Below are positions 61,620 through 64,000 of a DNA stretch of 64,000 nt, one piece after another. The DNA is from Mobula hypostoma. Taxonomy: Eukaryota. The stretch's first letter is position 1. Each line of letters begins with the position of its first letter. A program made the translations under genes and the position numbers. The notes beneath the pieces were generated by a model, which made no database searches, was not told where the DNA came from, and was given only the letters and a program-made list of their open reading frames with translations. The stretch covers positions 7,068,001-7,132,000 of the forward strand of contig NC_086108.1 in assembly GCF_963921235.1 (NCBI RefSeq), in the 5' to 3' direction.

Positions 61620-62180
61620 ACACAAGAGATTTTGTAGATGCTTGAAATCCAGAGCAACACACACAAAATGCTGGAAGAACTGGGCAGGCAAGGCAGCATC
61701 CGTGAAGAAGAGTAAACAGTTAATGTTTTGGGTCAGGACTGAAAAGGAAGTGGGTGGGTGTGGGGAAGGAGTACAAGCTGGCAGGTGATAGGTGAGGAGG
61801 AAGGAGGGGGTGGGGATGGGAGAGTGAAGTAAGAAGCTGGAAGGTGATAGGTTGAAGAGGAAGGGGGTGGGGATGGGAGTGAAGTAAGAAGCTGGAAGGT
61901 GATAGGTTGAAGAAGAAGGAGGGGGCTGGGGATGGGAGTGAAGTAAGAAGCTGGAAGGTGATTGGTTGAAGAGGTCTCACTTACCACCTCCCAGCTGGTA
62001 CTCATCCCCTTCCCACCACCTTATTCTGGCTTCTGCCCCTTTCCAGTTCTGATGAAGGTTTCAGCCAAAACATTGACTGTTTATTCCTTTCCATAGATGC
62101 TGCCTGGCCTGCTGAGTTCCTCCAGCATTTTGTGTCTGTTGCTTAGGATTTCCAGCATTTGCAGATTCTCTTGTGTTTAT
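61620..62180. mobile_element. Inverted pair of Penelope-like pLTR fragments enclosing a 3x about 57-bp tandem repeat
   Basis: Minus copy from 61620, units ggatgggagtgaagtaagaagctggaaggtgataggttgaag at 61800-61972, plus copy 61975-62180. Confidence 0.75.
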
Positions 62181-63807
62181 GGAATTTGTTGTTTTCCGGC
62201 AGCATTACCACATGAAGATATAAAAAGTACTGTACATAGTGCAAAAGCAAAGGGATAACGAGATAGTATTTATGAGTTCATTACTGTTGAGAAATCTGAT
62301 GGTGGAGGGGAAGAAGCTGTTTCTGAACCACTGAATGAGGACCTTGAAGCTCCTGTACACGGTAGTAACGAGAAGAGGGCATGTCTTGTGTGGTGAGGGT
62401 CCTTAGCGATAGATGATGCCTTCTTGAGGCACCATATTCTGCAGATGTCCTCAGTGGTGAGGTGGATTGTGCTTGTGATGCGGTTGGCTGAGTCTGTAAC
62501 CCAGCTTCTTGCAATCCTGTGCATTGGAGGTTGAATACCAGGTTTTTGCAAGAATTTGGCGACGTATTAGATCTGCTGGAACTCCTAACAAAGCAGGCCG
62601 CTGGTGTGTCTTTGTGATTGCATTGATGTGTTGGACTCAGGATAGACCCTCCGAGATGCTGAGCCCAGGAACTTAGATCGGCTTCCTGAAAGAAGAATCA
62701 GAATCCGGTTTCATATCACTGTCGTATGCTGTGAAAATTTGTTAACTTTGCAGCAGCAGTACATAATAGAAAAAAGTGAATTACAGTAACTATATGTACT
62801 AAATAGTTGAAGTTAAATAAGCAGTGCAAAAATAAATGAAGTAGTGAGTAGTCATTGTCCATTCAGAAATCTGATGGCAGAGGTGAAGAAGCTGTTCCTG
62901 AATCATTGAGTGTGTGTCTTCAGGCTCCTGTGCCTCCTCCTGATGGTAGGTAGCAATGAAAACAAGTCCTGGGTGATGGGCTCCTTAATGATGGACACCC
63001 CCACCATTGAAGCATCACTCCTTGAAGTTGCCTGGATACTAGAGACGCTGGTGCCTGTGTTGGAGCTGACTAAGTTTACAACTCTGCAGTTTATTTCGAT
63101 CCTATGCAGTAGCACACTTCCCCCCGCCCGGATACCAGACAGCAACGTAGCCAGTTAGAATGTTCTCCATGGTACATATGTGGAAATTTGCAAGTTGACT
63201 TTGGTGTTAAATAAAATCTCCTCAATCTCCTAATGAAGTATAGTCACTGTCATGACCTCTTTGTAGCTGCATCGATATGTTGATATCAAAAACCGACAAT
63301 TTTTTATAGATGTGTAGTGGAGAGGTTATTGAATGGCTCCACCACACTCTGGTATGGAAACATCAATGCCCTTGAATGGAAAATCCAACAAAAAGTAGTG
63401 GATATGGCCCAGTTCATCACGGGTAAAGCCTGCCCCACCAGTTAGCCCATCTACACAAAGCGTTGTCACAGGAAGGCATCATCCGTTATCCAGAACCTCC
63501 ACCACCCAGGGGCATGCTCTCTTCTCGCTGTTGCCGTCGGTGGGATGGTTCAGAAGCCTCAGGACTCACCACCACCAAGTTTAGGAATGGTTATTGCCCC
63601 GTGACCAACAGGGACTTGAACCAGTGGAGATTACTCAACTTCACTTCGCCCACAGCAACTGGACTGGCTTTCAAGGGCTCTTCATCTCATGGTCGTGATA
63701 TTTATTGCTTATTTTTTATTTATTCTTTTTGTATTTGCAGTTTGTCTTTGGCATACTGATTATCCATCCTGTTGGTGAGGTCTTTCATTGATTTTTATTA
63801 TGGTCAT

Positions 63808-63950
63808 GGATAGCTCTATGGACAGGAAAGGAATGGAGGGTTGTGGGCTGAGTGCAGGTGGGTGGGACTAGGAGGGAGTAAGAGTTCGGCACGGACTAGA
63901 AGGGCCGAGATGGCCTGTTTCCGTGCTGCAATTGTTACATGGTTATATGT
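63808..63950 (+). mobile_element. CR1 LINE 3' terminus
   Basis: ggcacggactagaagggccgagatggcctgtttccgtgctg tail hairpin. Confidence 0.6.
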
Positions 63951-64000
63951 TGGCCCTAGGATACACCCTCAGAGATGTTGACACCTGGGAACTTGAGATT

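Noticed and set aside
1..64000. Prokaryote-type systems and the remaining short ORFs in the track
   Set aside because: The window is intron-rich vertebrate DNA; the other ORFs are TE fragments, their antisense frames or chance ORFs.

Overview
This is eukaryotic, vertebrate genomic DNA. The repeat complement (HE1/V-SINE-like tRNA SINEs, CR1, Rex1/Babar, Penelope-like and RTE elements) suggests a cartilaginous fish, probably a ray; this is inference. The only host coding sequence I can support is two + strand exons of a group II p21-activated kinase, best matching PAK4: 34371/34392-34595 (CRIB and pseudosubstrate) and 60768-61520 (central linker), separated by a 26,172-nt intron. The kinase-domain exons lie beyond the window. 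Almost everything else is transposable-element debris, often nested. Highlights: (i) about 20 Penelope-like repeats from three families carrying minimal hammerhead-ribozyme motifs, one with an intact core in sense orientation inside the PAK4 intron (37169-37204), plus a 95-bp hammerhead-centred insertion with a 13-bp TSD; (ii) a decayed, apparently env-less endogenous retrovirus (LTR-gag?-RNaseH-integrase-PPT-LTR) spanning about 45997-55599, antisense in the intron and missed by the ORF track; (iii) a hAT-like element with a 6-bp TSD inside an RTE LINE; (iv) a Chapaev3-type transposon; (v) a Tigger derivative with a 118-bp-arm hairpin; (vi) a solo LTR with a perfect 4-bp TSD; (vii) a SINE sharing its 3' end with the RTE LINE. 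Family assignments rest on motif recognition by eye. No database searches were run, and repeat boundaries without TSDs are approximate.
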